From assembly GCA_946182865.1 (NCBI GenBank), contig CAMHAV010000002.1, positions 744 to 64,743 on the forward strand: a DNA stretch of 64,000 bases. The letters run 5' to 3'. The notes under the pieces were generated by a model. The model searched no databases. It had not been told where the DNA came from and saw nothing but the letters and a program-made list of their open reading frames with translations. Source of the DNA: an uncultured Clostridia bacterium. Lineage in GTDB: Bacteria; Bacillota; Clostridia; Oscillospirales; Acutalibacteraceae. How positions within the stretch are numbered: position 1 is the stretch's first letter; every line of letters begins with the position of its first letter. The position numbers and the translations under genes are program-made. This document shows positions 51,599-61,940 of the stretch, one piece after another.

Positions 51599-52834
51599 TT
51601 ATTCGCCAAAAACTCGCAGCGAATCCAGCGGATGTCCTTTAAAATCGAAAAACGCCTGATTCTCCCACGAGCAGCCTCCGTAATATTTTCCGGCATTATC
51701 CGGGTCATATTCTTCGGAAAAGCTGCTTGCCCACCCGGAACCGCACGCTTCCCACAACGCGCGGTTGGTATTCGCGTCGCTCCCAACCGGAATCCACGCA
51801 CTCTCCCAGCAAAACACGCCGAGTGCGCCTCCCTTTTTGGCTGCCCACATGATATCACGAATACAATCGTGCTGCCCCTGTACACTTACGGGATAATCGT
51901 TCGTCTCAACGCTCCCCACCACATTGGCAAACCCATCGCCGTCTGCCAATGTATAAGGATAAGCTGTTTCCAGAACAACCGTTGATTTACCGTATTTCTT
52001 CCCAATATCAGATAGTACCTTTGTGAGATTCTCCAAAGAACCGTGCCAATAAGGATAATAGGACACGCCAAATACATCATAATCTGTTCCATAGGCCGCG
52101 AGACTTTCGGCACGATACATCATACCGTCATAATCCTCCACATCGGTATAATGCACAGCCACCTTGACATCCGCTCCCTTTTCAGCGGATGCTTTTCGCA
52201 CAGCGCTTGCCGCGCATTGCAGCAGTTGCGCTACCCGATTGAGCTCCGATTCCCCCGCTATACCGTTGTTGATCTCATTGCCGATCTGTACCATGCCGAT
52301 ATCAGCCCCCGCTGCCCATATTTCGTTGAGAGAAGCGACGGTGTAATCAAAGAGGGCGGCCTTCTTTTGCTCGAAGTCCAATGCGGCCCACGCTTTGGGG
52401 ACAAGCTGACGTTCGGGGTCGGCCCAAAAATCGGAATAATGAAAGTCTACCAACAATCGCATGCCGTTCTGCGCAGCGCGTCGGCCGATTTCCGCCGCCT
52501 TTTGCACATCGCAATTACCTCCGCCATAGCCGTTTCCCCTTATATCGTACGGGTTATTCCATACCCGCACTCGGATGTAATTCACGCCCGCCTCCGCTAA
52601 TGTCACAAAGACATCCTGCGGTTGCCCCGAAGCGCTGTAAAACATGACGCCGCTGTTCTCGAGCGAAACCACACTTGACAAATCCATTCCTCGGATATAC
52701 CCGGCAGGTAATTGCTCCGCTGCCTTCTTCCCTCCTTGCGCTTCCTCCCTGTTTTTTGGTACAGGATTGCAGCCCCCCGAAATACACAGCACAGCCAGCG
52801 CTGTAAACAGCGCAAGCATTTGTCTCATTTCCAT
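51599..52834 (-). CDS. GH53 arabinogalactan endo-beta-1,4-galactanase, lipoprotein
   Basis: IRVRVWNNP, FHYSDFWADP, VQIGNEINNG (acid/base Glu) and VVLETAYP (nucleophile Glu). Lipobox ISGGC. Confidence 0.85.
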   Translation of the reverse strand: MEMRQMLALFTALAVLCISGGCNPVPKNREEAQGGKKAAEQLPAGYIRGMDLSSVVSLENSGVMFYSASGQPQDVFVTLAEAGVNYIRVRVWNNPYDIRGNGYGGGNCDVQKAAEIGRRAAQNGMRLLVDFHYSDFWADPERQLVPKAWAALDFEQKKAALFDYTVASLNEIWAAGADIGMVQIGNEINNGIAGESELNRVAQLLQCAASAVRKASAEKGADVKVAVHYTDVEDYDGMMYRAESLAAYGTDYDVFGVSYYPYWHGSLENLTKVLSDIGKKYGKSTVVLETAYPYTLADGDGFANVVGSVETNDYPVSVQGQHDCIRDIMWAAKKGGALGVFCWESAWIPVGSDANTNRALWEACGSGWASSFSEEYDPDNAGKYYGGCSWENQAFFDFKGHPLDSLRVFGE

Positions 52835-52840
52835 TCCTCC

Positions 52841-52883
52841 TAATAAAAACCGTCCGTGCGAAACTTGAATTTCGTGCGGACGG
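52841..52883 (-). terminator. probable intrinsic terminator of the LRR gene
   Basis: Stem 52850-52863 with 52870-52883, which has two adjacent mismatches in minus-strand sense. TTTTTATTA follows on the minus strand. Confidence 0.45.
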
Positions 52884-52893
52884 CATCGGTTAT

Positions 52894-53985
52894 TTATGAT
52901 TCATCCTCTTCGGGATATGATGTATCTTCCTCATCGTCCTTATCTTCTTCCGTTTCGGACGCATCCTTCGATGTGCGCATGATATTTGCGGCGGCGCCAA
53001 CGCCACCCAACAAAAGCAGCACACCTACCGCAATGAGTGCCACTTTCCACCCGTTGTTCTTTCGTTTGATCTGCACATTGGGACAGTCGGCAAAGGCGAC
53101 TTCGTCAATTTCGGCGGAAGCCGGAAGATTGACATGGGACAGATTGGTGCAGCCGCGAAACGCGTCTCCCACAAAGAGCAGACCTTCGGGAAAATTCACG
53201 CGGCGCAAAGCGGTGCAGCCGTTGAAGCCGCTGTTGAGATAGAGGAGCGAATCGGGCAGTTCCAGCACCTCGGCAAAGGCGCAGTTATCAAACGCGCCGT
53301 TGATCACGACAATGCCCTTGGGAATGTGAATGGTGGAGAGCATACTGCTGCCGTCAAACACGTCGCCCAGATAGGACAGCCCTGTGGACCACTCGATCTC
53401 ACGGATAGCCCCGCACTCGTTGAAGCTGCCGTCTCCCAGCTTGGACACGCTGCGCGAAAAAGTGACCTTGGAGAGAGAGGAACAGTGATGAAAGCTGTTG
53501 TTGATCTCGGTCACCCCGTAAGGGAAGGAAATGCTTTTAATCCGCGGACAGGAGCAGAATACATTGCTGAGCACCTGCACACCGCCCGACAGCGTCACTG
53601 TTTCGAGATTTTCGCAGTTGTTGAAGCTGCCCTCTCCGATGTCAACCACCGAAAGCGGTATGGTAACGGAGGTGATTTTCTTGTTGCCGGCAAAGGTATC
53701 CTTATCAATAGCGGACACCGCTCTGCCGTTGATTTCCTCAGGAATCTCAATATCCCGCAGATTGCCGGTATAGCCGCAGACCGTCACACCCGCGATTTCT
53801 CCCGAAAAGTTATAGAGAAAATTGTCCTCGGAGATATACACCGTTCCTGTGTCCCGCTTGGCGTACACTTTGTCGTTGCTGACATACTGCGAATCGGCAT
53901 GCACACAAGGCATGGCGACAATCAGCAGCAGGGCGGCCGCCAACAAAGCGGCTGTTTTTTTCTGAAAACAGGATTGTATTGACAT
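52894..53985 (-). CDS. BspA-type leucine-rich-repeat surface protein with C-terminal TM anchor and acidic tail
   Basis: Signal peptide, repeated ...I.IP.SV..IG..AF..C..L... units, the TM helix VALIAVGVLLLLGGVGAAA, and a DE-rich tail. Confidence 0.75.
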   Translation of the reverse strand: MSIQSCFQKKTAALLAAALLLIVAMPCVHADSQYVSNDKVYAKRDTGTVYISEDNFLYNFSGEIAGVTVCGYTGNLRDIEIPEEINGRAVSAIDKDTFAGNKKITSVTIPLSVVDIGEGSFNNCENLETVTLSGGVQVLSNVFCSCPRIKSISFPYGVTEINNSFHHCSSLSKVTFSRSVSKLGDGSFNECGAIREIEWSTGLSYLGDVFDGSSMLSTIHIPKGIVVINGAFDNCAFAEVLELPDSLLYLNSGFNGCTALRRVNFPEGLLFVGDAFRGCTNLSHVNLPASAEIDEVAFADCPNVQIKRKNNGWKVALIAVGVLLLLGGVGAAANIMRTSKDASETEEDKDDEEDTSYPEEDES

Positions 53986-54019
53986 ATTGTCACCTTTCTT
54001 TCGTCACAAGGGTGCCGCG

Positions 54020-54985
54020 TCATTCCACTACCGTGGCGATAAATTTGCCCATGCCGCTCAGGGGGATATCCTTCTTGCCCGCCGCGACCAGCACCGATTC
54101 GCCCTTGCGCATGAACATTTCATCGTTGTTGAGATTGAGCGTGCCTTCCAGCATCAGCAGCGACACAAAGGAACCGTCGGGCGCGCTGAGAAGGGCGCTT
54201 TCCTCCACATCCCACAGCGAGGAGGCAAAATATTCGCACCGTCCGAGCAGCGTTTCATAATGTCCGTCGATGGCGGCGCGCGGCACCAGAACGCCTGCGG
54301 GTACGGTGGGTGGCGCGGTAATGGTGACATCCAGCGCCTGCTGGATATTGAGCGGACGGCTCTCGCCGTGTTCATCCACGCGGCAGTAATCATACACGCG
54401 GTAGGACAGCTCCGAATTCTGTCCGATCTCCGCTAAAATGATGTCCCTGCCAATGGCGTGAATGGTACCCGGTTCAATATAGAAAGTGTCGCCCTTTTTC
54501 ACTTCAAAGGTGTTCACGGCCGAAATGAGAGTATCGTCCTCGATGCGCTTGCGGAAATCCTCGATGTTGAGCTCATCATTAAAACCGCAAATCAGATAAG
54601 CGCCGGGCTGGCAGTCCACCACATACCAGAGCTGCGCCTTGCCCCAATCGCCGCTGACGGTGCGGGCGTAGTCGTCGTCGGGATGCACCTGCACCGAAAT
54701 ATCATCCATCGTGTCGATAAATTTGATCAGCAAGGGAAACCGGTCGTATTTGGCGCAGTTCGAGCCGAAAAACGCGGGATGTTCGGCATAAATCCGGGAA
54801 AGCGGCATACCGTCCCATTCGCCGCCCGACGCGCAGCACTCCGCGTCTTCACGGCAGGAAAGCATGAGCGCTTCGGCGGTATGTTCATAGGGCGTATCAA
54901 GCAAAAAGTCGGTTTGCAGCCGTGTGCCTCCCCAGATCAGGTCGCGGAACGCGGGTTTACATTTGATGAAGTCGGTTGTTGCCAT
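54020..54985 (-). CDS. manA: class I mannose-6-phosphate isomerase
   Basis: IWGG near the N-terminus, LIKFIDT..DISVQVHPDD and the cupin His motif. Start trimmed to MATTDFIK. Confidence 0.8.
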   Translation of the reverse strand: MATTDFIKCKPAFRDLIWGGTRLQTDFLLDTPYEHTAEALMLSCREDAECCASGGEWDGMPLSRIYAEHPAFFGSNCAKYDRFPLLIKFIDTMDDISVQVHPDDDYARTVSGDWGKAQLWYVVDCQPGAYLICGFNDELNIEDFRKRIEDDTLISAVNTFEVKKGDTFYIEPGTIHAIGRDIILAEIGQNSELSYRVYDYCRVDEHGESRPLNIQQALDVTITAPPTVPAGVLVPRAAIDGHYETLLGRCEYFASSLWDVEESALLSAPDGSFVSLLMLEGTLNLNNDEMFMRKGESVLVAAGKKDIPLSGMGKFIATVVE

Positions 54986-55190
54986 AGCGCGGTACCACCT
55001 TATCTTGCGGAAAGCGCCTGTATGCCGCTGCATACGGGCAACACTTCCCTGATTATCACCTGCATTATAGCATATTTCGAACGAAAATCCAACCGACAAA
55101 ACCAAATTTTTTGTAAAATTTCAGGAATTTTGCGAAATATTTCCTGTTGCAAACGACCACCAGCGACTATTCTCATCATGATTCCGAATT

Positions 55191-55242
55191 GAAAAAAACC
55201 GGCACAGCCGCTCTCTCCGCATGGGAAAGAGCAACCGTGCCG
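55191..55242 (-). terminator. intrinsic terminator of the phosphohexomutase gene
   Basis: CGGCAC/GTGCCG and GCTCT/AGAGC stems. A run of seven T follows on the minus strand. Confidence 0.6.
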
Positions 55243-55284
55243 ACTTGTTATGGCTATCGGAATTCTATTGAGACAGGGACAAAC

Positions 55285-57012
55285 TTATTTGCCCATAATG
55301 GCGTTGGCCGCCTTTTCGTAGGCGTCGAGCCTTGCGTCAGCCGAATCGGGTGTGCCGACAGCAGCCGCATACACCTTGATCTTCGGCTCCGTGCCGGAAG
55401 GACGCACGATGAAGGAACCGCCGTTTTCCAGCTTGTAGGCCAGCACGTTGCTCTTGGGCAGCTTGATCTCGCTCTCGGTGCCGTCCGCGAGGTTCTTCAT
55501 GACCGACAGCTTGTAGTCGCTCACGGAAATCACCTTTTCGCCCGCGATCTCGGTCGGGGCATTGCTGCGCAAACCGTCCATCACGCCGTTCATGAACTTC
55601 ATGCCCGACTCGCCCTCAAAGGCGTAGTTGAGCAGACGGTTGCGGTAATAACCGAATTCTTCGTAGATTTCTTTCATCACGTCAAGCAGCGATTTGCCCT
55701 GCTTTTTGTAATAGGCCGCCATTTCGCAGATCATCATGGAAGCAACCACCGCGTCCTTGTCGCGCGCGTAGGTGCCGCAGAGATAGCCGTAGCTCTCCTC
55801 ATAGCCCATAATGAAACGCTCTTTTTCGCCGTCAGCCTCCAGCCAGCCGATGATCTCGCCGATATACTTGAACCCGGTGAGCACCTTGCGCAGTTCGCAG
55901 CCGTATTTCTCCGCGATACGGTTGCCCAGATCGCTGGTGACAATCGTGTTGACGCATACGGGATTCTGGGGAAGCGTGCCCTGCTCCTTGCGGCAGGACA
56001 GCATATAATTCATCATAAGCGCGCCGACTTCGTTGCCCGACATCAGCGTATAGCCTTCGTCGGATTTCACCGCGATGCCCACGCGGTCGCTGTCCGGGTC
56101 GGTGGCCAGCAGCAGATCGGGATGCACCGTCTCCGCCAGCTTGAGCGCACATTCAAACGCCTGTCGGATTTCCGGGTTCGGATAGGGACAGGTCGGGAAA
56201 TCGCCGTTGGGCTGCTCCTGCTCGGGAACCACGGTCACATCGTCAATGCCAATCCGCTTCAGAATAGCGCGCACCGGCTTGTTGCCCGCGCCGCAGAGAG
56301 GCGTATAAATCACTTTAAGCCCCGCGTCCTTGCAAAGACCGGGATTGACCGACGAAGCCTCCACCGCGTCGAGGAAACGTTCGATCAGCGACTGGTCGAT
56401 CCATTCGATCAGCCCCTGCGCCATGAGCGCATCGAAATCGCCGCGCTTGACGTCGTCAAAGATGTCGAGCTTCTGCATGCAGGCGTAAACCTCGCCCGCC
56501 GCGCCGTCGGTCATCTGGCAGCCGTCGCCGCCGTAGCACTTGAAGCCGTTGTACTTGGCGGGATTGTGGCTGGCGGTGATCATAATACCCGCGGTGCAGC
56601 CCAGTTCACGCACCGCATAGCTGACGATGGGAGTGGGTTCCAGTTCGGTAAAAATGTAAGCCTTCACGCCGTTCATAGCAAGCGTCGCCGCCGCACACTT
56701 GGCAAAATCGGGCGACTTGTGGCGGGAATCGTAGCCGATGGCAACCGCGTTGCTGCCGCCCTTGGCCGTGAGATAATCGGCCAGCGCCTGCGCCGCCATG
56801 CTGACTGTATAAATATTCATCCGGTTGGTACCCGCGCCAAGTACGCCGCGCAGTCCGCCGGTGCCGAATTCCAGATAACGGTAAAAACGGTCGCTGATGT
56901 CATCGTCCTTTCCCTCGACCGCTTTCAGTTCGGCGGCAATATCCTCCGCCTCCGCCTTTTCTCTCCAAATTTGATAGAGCTTCATTTCCTGCTGGGTACA
57001 TGCCATATCCAT
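55285..57012 (-). CDS. alpha-D-phosphohexomutase (phosphoglucomutase/phosphomannomutase, PgcA-like)
   Basis: Phosphoserine loop TASHNPAKYNGFK and metal loop DPDSDR. Length is 575 aa. Confidence 0.9.
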   Translation of the reverse strand: MDMACTQQEMKLYQIWREKAEAEDIAAELKAVEGKDDDISDRFYRYLEFGTGGLRGVLGAGTNRMNIYTVSMAAQALADYLTAKGGSNAVAIGYDSRHKSPDFAKCAAATLAMNGVKAYIFTELEPTPIVSYAVRELGCTAGIMITASHNPAKYNGFKCYGGDGCQMTDGAAGEVYACMQKLDIFDDVKRGDFDALMAQGLIEWIDQSLIERFLDAVEASSVNPGLCKDAGLKVIYTPLCGAGNKPVRAILKRIGIDDVTVVPEQEQPNGDFPTCPYPNPEIRQAFECALKLAETVHPDLLLATDPDSDRVGIAVKSDEGYTLMSGNEVGALMMNYMLSCRKEQGTLPQNPVCVNTIVTSDLGNRIAEKYGCELRKVLTGFKYIGEIIGWLEADGEKERFIMGYEESYGYLCGTYARDKDAVVASMMICEMAAYYKKQGKSLLDVMKEIYEEFGYYRNRLLNYAFEGESGMKFMNGVMDGLRSNAPTEIAGEKVISVSDYKLSVMKNLADGTESEIKLPKSNVLAYKLENGGSFIVRPSGTEPKIKVYAAAVGTPDSADARLDAYEKAANAIMGK

Positions 57013-57378
57013 TGGCCTCCTGTCAATGATTTATTTCAATAAAAATACAGATAATACAGACATCCGTTTTCAAAATACAAAATTAAGGTAAACTAACAAT
57101 ATTATAGCTCATAAATGCAATTTTGTAAAGCACCTACTTCATGAATTTCCAAAAATGCCCGAATTTTCCGCACTATCCACATAAAAACGGGAAATTTTTT
57201 TACACCCGTTGACAATTTGGCAATAGCTGCCTTTCAATACGGCGCAGAATGATAAGAAACAGAAGCCGCGAAATATGCCGCATTTTCCTTCTGCGTCCAT
57301 TCTCAAATGATTTTTCCGCACAGGATAATGCGCCCTGTTCGGGTAAAAATAAGGAAAGAAAGGAGCTGACGCAAAATT

Positions 57379-57831
57379 ATGTCAAGCATTCACATCTCCC
57401 CCATCGAGTACAAAAAAATGACGCAGCGGGCAGTGCCTCCTTCGCCCGTCGGCAAGGACTGCCTGCTGGCCTTTGTCACAGGCGGCGCGGTTTGCTGTCT
57501 GGGGCAGCTCGTCACCGACGTCATGCTGCGGCTGCGTTTTTCGGAAACGACCTCCAAAACCACTGCCTCCATCGCGCTGATTGCCGCCGCCGCGCTGCTC
57601 ACGGCGCTGGGCATCTTTCCCAAAATCGCCAAATTTGCGGGAGCGGGGACGCTGGTGCCTATCACGGGCTTTTCCAATTCCATCGTCTCCCCCGCTATCG
57701 AGTTCAAATCCGAAGGACATGTATTCGGCGTGGGCGCCAATATGTTCAAAATCGCGGGGCCTGTGCTGGTGTTCGGCATTTCCGCCTCGGTGCTGTACGG
57801 CATCCTTTACTGGATGTTCACCGTCAGATAA
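57379..57831 (+). CDS. spoVAC: stage V sporulation protein AC
   Basis: 150 aa with four TM helices. FVTGGAVCCLGQ...VPITGFSNSI...GANMFKIAGPV is highly characteristic. Confidence 0.85.
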   Translation: MSSIHISPIEYKKMTQRAVPPSPVGKDCLLAFVTGGAVCCLGQLVTDVMLRLRFSETTSKTTASIALIAAAALLTALGIFPKIAKFAGAGTLVPITGFSNSIVSPAIEFKSEGHVFGVGANMFKIAGPVLVFGISASVLYGILYWMFTVR

Positions 57832-57843
57832 ACCGCATCCGCG

Positions 57844-58335
57844 CTACTTGTGGTACTTGGTTCCCGCGCTGATGGAGAACGCGCGGTAGACCTGCTCACA
57901 CACCATGACCCGCGCCAGCTGGTGCGGAAAGGTCATGGGCGACATCGAAAGCCGGCAATCGGCACGCGCCTTGACCGTCTCGCTCAGACCGTAGGAGCCG
58001 CCGATCACAAAGTCCACGCGGCTCCTGCCGCCCACCGCCGCGCGCTCCAGCATTTGCGCGAGCTGTTCCGACGGCATTTCCCTGCCCTCGATGCACATGG
58101 CGATTACGAAACTGTCTGCCGCGCCTCTGTTGATTTCTTTCATCAGCCGTTCGCCCTCGCTCGCCACCGCCTTGGCGATATCCGCGTCGGACGGCGCGTC
58201 GGGCAGACGGCTCTCGCTTACCTCCACCGTGCGGAACTTGCAAAACCGGCTCAGGCGCTTGGCGTATTCCGCGCACGCCTCGCGCCAGTATTTTTCCTTT
58301 TGATCCCCTACACAGATGATATTCACGGCAAGCAC
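57844..58335 (-). CDS. rlmH: 23S rRNA (pseudouridine1915-N3)-methyltransferase
   Basis: SPOUT fold ending in ...MTFPHQLARVMVCEQVYRAFSI..GTKYHK. Confidence 0.85.
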   Translation of the reverse strand: MLAVNIICVGDQKEKYWREACAEYAKRLSRFCKFRTVEVSESRLPDAPSDADIAKAVASEGERLMKEINRGAADSFVIAMCIEGREMPSEQLAQMLERAAVGGRSRVDFVIGGSYGLSETVKARADCRLSMSPMTFPHQLARVMVCEQVYRAFSISAGTKYHK

Positions 58336-58545
58336 CGCCGATCACTCCCTCTCCTTGGATTGTTCTTGTATTATACTCCTTCTCTGCCCGTGTGTCAAAA
58401 CTTTTCAGGAAATTCCATCAAACCAATTGACAAATTCTTTCTTTGATGTATAATAAAGATGTGTTCTTGTAAATGAACGGTAAAAAGACAAACTGTTTTT
58501 TTGTTTATTTACACAAAAATAATCATAGAAAAGGATTGATTCACA

Positions 58546-59376
58546 ATGAGAGAGCAGGAAATCAGAAAACTGTCGCTCAAGGTCAGGATTTACTCCGTCA
58601 TGCTGGCTGTCATTTGCGCGTTTTGGTTTATGTCCACCGCCGTGGTGCTGACAACCGGCGCCGAAGGTACCGGCAATGAAAGCTCGGTCAGCCAAAGCGA
58701 TGCCACGTCGAGTGCCACTTCGAGTACCAATTCCAGCAATACAACCGGCACCAAGGTCAGCGCTTCGGACTATCAGACCACCAATATGGTCGATACCAAG
58801 GCACAGTCTTCCGTTTCCAAAGCGGTCGCCAGCAAGAACATCAAGGTCAAGGCGGGTGAAAACGTCCTCACGGGCGATGCGGTAAGTTCCGGCGTGTATT
58901 TCAATGTATCTAATGTTTCCGCCGATGACAAAAAGGCTGTCGTGGCCCTGCTGAAAGATGCCAAGATCACCAAGAACTATGTGCTTTTTGATTTCTCGCT
59001 CAAATACGGCAACAGCTCTGCGGCGATTCAGGAAGGCAGTATGCAGATTACCGTCAATGTTCCCAAAGAATGGAAAACGGTCAAGGGCTATGATGTTGCT
59101 GTTTACCATTATGAAAACAAAAAGCTGACCAAGATCAAACCCAGCTCGGTTTCCGACAAGGGCATTGTCTTTGAGACAACCGGCCTCAGTCCTTTCACGA
59201 TGGTGCGTACTTCTACCGGCACTGAGGTGGAAAACGTCAAAACCGGCGACAGTCTCACCTCCACGGTGGCCGCCATTTATCTCGCGGCGATTTCCATCTT
59301 TATGATTGCAGTGGTCAGCATCAAGCTCAAGGTAGCCAAAGGCAGACTGGATCAGGTTCGCAGAACGGCATTCTGA
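58546..59376 (+). CDS. Ser/Thr-rich secreted protein with C-terminal sortase-like sorting signal
   Basis: N-terminal TM/signal, an S/T-rich linker, and a C-terminal NVKTGD followed by a hydrophobic helix and a KLKVAKGR tail. Confidence 0.6.
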   Translation: MREQEIRKLSLKVRIYSVMLAVICAFWFMSTAVVLTTGAEGTGNESSVSQSDATSSATSSTNSSNTTGTKVSASDYQTTNMVDTKAQSSVSKAVASKNIKVKAGENVLTGDAVSSGVYFNVSNVSADDKKAVVALLKDAKITKNYVLFDFSLKYGNSSAAIQEGSMQITVNVPKEWKTVKGYDVAVYHYENKKLTKIKPSSVSDKGIVFETTGLSPFTMVRTSTGTEVENVKTGDSLTSTVAAIYLAAISIFMIAVVSIKLKVAKGRLDQVRRTAF

Positions 59377-59413
59377 AATTAGGGTTTCTCCCCTGTATGA
59401 AGCGGTTACAACG

Positions 59414-59462
59414 GCGGGAGCCGACGCATGAAACGTAATATCATGCGCCGACTCCCGCTTTT
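59414..59462 (+). terminator. intrinsic terminator
   Basis: An 18-position stem (59414-59431 with 59441-59458, two mismatches) followed by TTTT. Confidence 0.6.
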
Positions 59463-59605
59463 GATTTACCGCGATTGACAGATAAAAGCCTGACACCCCC
59501 AAATAACACGGCGGCAGGGAAAAAATTTACATCTGTCGCATTGAATTTAATCGCATTTTCAAGCATGATATAATAAGTATATTTTAATGTGAATCCGGTG
59601 ATAAC

Positions 59606-61519
59606 ATGAGAAACTTAAAATATGAATTCAGCCGTGTGGGACAGCAATTGTTGGACGCGTTCCACGGAGGCCGGGCATTGGTGGCGCACGAGCATATGGG
59701 CGCGCATTTCTCCTGCGAGGACGGACAAAACGGTGTGCGCTTCACTCTCTATGCGCCCTATGCCGTCAAAATCGCAGTCATCGGAGATTTCAACGGCTGG
59801 AACGAAAACGCGCATATCCTGCGCAAAATTGATCCTTTAGGGATTTATTCCGTCTTTGTTCCCAACGCCCTCAAAGGGCAGCTTTACAAATACCGCGTCT
59901 GGCAGGCCGGCGGAAGCGTCTGTGACAAAGCCGACCCCTATGCCATGATGGGACAGCGCCGTCCCTATAATTCCTCCGTCATCATGGAGGTGGATGACAG
60001 CGCCTTTACCGACTACGAATGGATGCACCGCCGCAGCCGCTGTTTTGAGAAGCCGCTCAATATCTATGAGGTGCATCTGGGCGCGTGGTGCCGCAAGCCG
60101 GCGGGCAATACCGAGCAAAGCTGGCACACCTACGACGAAATCGCGGAGCGGCTCGCCGATTATGCCCTCGAAAACGGCTTCACCCATGTGGAATTAATGC
60201 CGCTCACCGAGCATCCTTATGACGGTTCGTGGGGCTATCATGTCAGCGGCATGTTTGCCGCCACCTCCCGCTACGGCTCCCCGCAGCAGCTCATCAAGCT
60301 CATCGACGTCTGCCACAACAAGGGGATCGGCGTGATTCTGGATTTTGTCATGGTGCATTTCGTCCGCGACAGCTTCGGATTGGGACGCTTCGACGGTACG
60401 CCCCTTTATGAGTACCCGATGGACTACATGGCCAACAGCGAGTGGGACTCCTACAACTACGATTTCTACAAAGGCGAGGTGCAGAGCTTCCTGCTGTCGG
60501 CTGCCTATTTCTGGCTGCATATCTACCATTTTGACGGACTGCGCATTGACGCGGTGAGCAATATTATCTACTGGCAGGGACAAAGCGAACGCGGTGTGAA
60601 TCAGGGTGCGGTGGAATTTATGCGCCGCTTCAACGACGAACTCCACGCGGTCTGTCCCGAAGTCATGATGATCGCGGAGGATTCCAGCTCCTACTACAAC
60701 GTCACCTCCCGCTACGCCGACCATTGGCATCTGGGCTTCGATTATAAGTGGGATATGGGCTGGATGAACGATACGCTCAAATACTTCTCTATCGACCCCT
60801 TCTTCCGCCGCGGCAGTCACGACAAGATCACCTTTTCGATGGATTACTACAACGCGGAAAACTACCTGCTTCCTTTTTCTCACGACGAATCCTCTCACGG
60901 CAAGAAGTCCATTCTGGGCAAGATGTGGGGAGACGCCAAACAGAAATTTTCCCAGTGCCGCGCACTGTATGTCTATATGTTCACCCACCCCGGCAAAAAG
61001 CTCAACTTCATGGGCAACGAATTTGCGCAACTGGACGAATGGAAGATCACGGAGGAAATTCACTGGTTCGAGCTGCAAAATGAATACAACGGCAAATTTT
61101 ACGCTTTTTTCAAAGAAATGAGCCAGATCTACCGCTGGTATCCGTCGCTCTGGGAAATGGACTACAACGGCGTGGGCTTCGAGTGGCTGGACAGGACGGA
61201 CGATTACAACAATATCTTTACCTATATCCGCCGCGGCGGCGGTCAGGAAGTAGTGGTCGCGCTCAATCTCTCCACCAATCCGCAATACAAATATGTATTA
61301 GGGTTAAAGCACCGCGGCACGATTGAAGAGTTCATGTGCAGCGACGACGTGCAATACGGCGGCGAGGGTCTGACGCACAATGTCAGACAGGAGATTTCGC
61401 CCTATCCGCACAAAGAATTTCCGTTCAGCGTAACGGTGCAGCTGGCGCCGCTGTCGGGGCATATCTTTTTGCTGCGTGATGAAGCCAAAGAGGAATCTGA
61501 GATACAAGGTATGGATTGA
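59606..61519 (+). CDS. glgB: 1,4-alpha-glucan branching enzyme (GH13)
   Basis: DGLRIDAVSN, MIAEDSS and LPFSHDE conserved regions, with an N-terminal CBM48-like segment. Confidence 0.9.
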   Translation: MRNLKYEFSRVGQQLLDAFHGGRALVAHEHMGAHFSCEDGQNGVRFTLYAPYAVKIAVIGDFNGWNENAHILRKIDPLGIYSVFVPNALKGQLYKYRVWQAGGSVCDKADPYAMMGQRRPYNSSVIMEVDDSAFTDYEWMHRRSRCFEKPLNIYEVHLGAWCRKPAGNTEQSWHTYDEIAERLADYALENGFTHVELMPLTEHPYDGSWGYHVSGMFAATSRYGSPQQLIKLIDVCHNKGIGVILDFVMVHFVRDSFGLGRFDGTPLYEYPMDYMANSEWDSYNYDFYKGEVQSFLLSAAYFWLHIYHFDGLRIDAVSNIIYWQGQSERGVNQGAVEFMRRFNDELHAVCPEVMMIAEDSSSYYNVTSRYADHWHLGFDYKWDMGWMNDTLKYFSIDPFFRRGSHDKITFSMDYYNAENYLLPFSHDESSHGKKSILGKMWGDAKQKFSQCRALYVYMFTHPGKKLNFMGNEFAQLDEWKITEEIHWFELQNEYNGKFYAFFKEMSQIYRWYPSLWEMDYNGVGFEWLDRTDDYNNIFTYIRRGGGQEVVVALNLSTNPQYKYVLGLKHRGTIEEFMCSDDVQYGGEGLTHNVRQEISPYPHKEFPFSVTVQLAPLSGHIFLLRDEAKEESEIQGMD

Positions 61520-61802
61520 ACGGAACAGGACCCGTCAGAACAAAAAAATTTCATTTAAAATGCTCCCCTGACTTTGTCTGATAGTATATCACAACAAAAT
61601 CGGGGGAACATCTTTTGCTGATAATAGTAGTAACTATTAGTGAGGATTTTTGCCATTTATTATCAATTATTGCAACCTCCACATTTTTCACAGCATGATA
61701 TGCATATGTAATGCAATCCACAAAGTCAAGGGTCCGTCTGCATAGGTATCAAGAAGGCTCATTTCAATCCGTCATATTCCTGACAACAAGAATATACTGA
61801 TA

Positions 61803-61940
61803 TCATACATTACCATATTTATCCACCATAGCGTGTTCCCATGCGCCCTTTTCTGCCAATGTGGGTTTGGCATACGGCGCAAGAATGCCGCGTATGCTCT
61901 GTCTGTCAGCAGTTGTTGCAGGTGCCACAAATTCATCCAT
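61803..61940 (-). pseudogene. unlisted short ORF resembling the C-terminal half of an AbrB/MazE-type antitoxin (possible relic)
   Basis: My own translation of the minus strand gives MDEFVAPATTADRQSIRGILAPYAKPTLAEKGAWEHAMVDKYGNV-stop. The frame is open a further 21 codons upstream without an ATG. It lies in a different frame from the listed 61772..62023 ORF. Confidence 0.3.

Noticed and set aside
55147-57042. 631-aa plus-strand ORF antisense to the phosphohexomutase gene
   Set aside because: The minus strand has TASHNP and DPDSDR motifs. The antisense product is low-complexity.
57260-57378. Forespore sigma-G/sigma-F promoter upstream of spoVAC
   Set aside because: CATTCTC and GCATT-like elements are present, but the spacing and matches to the consensus are too poor to call.
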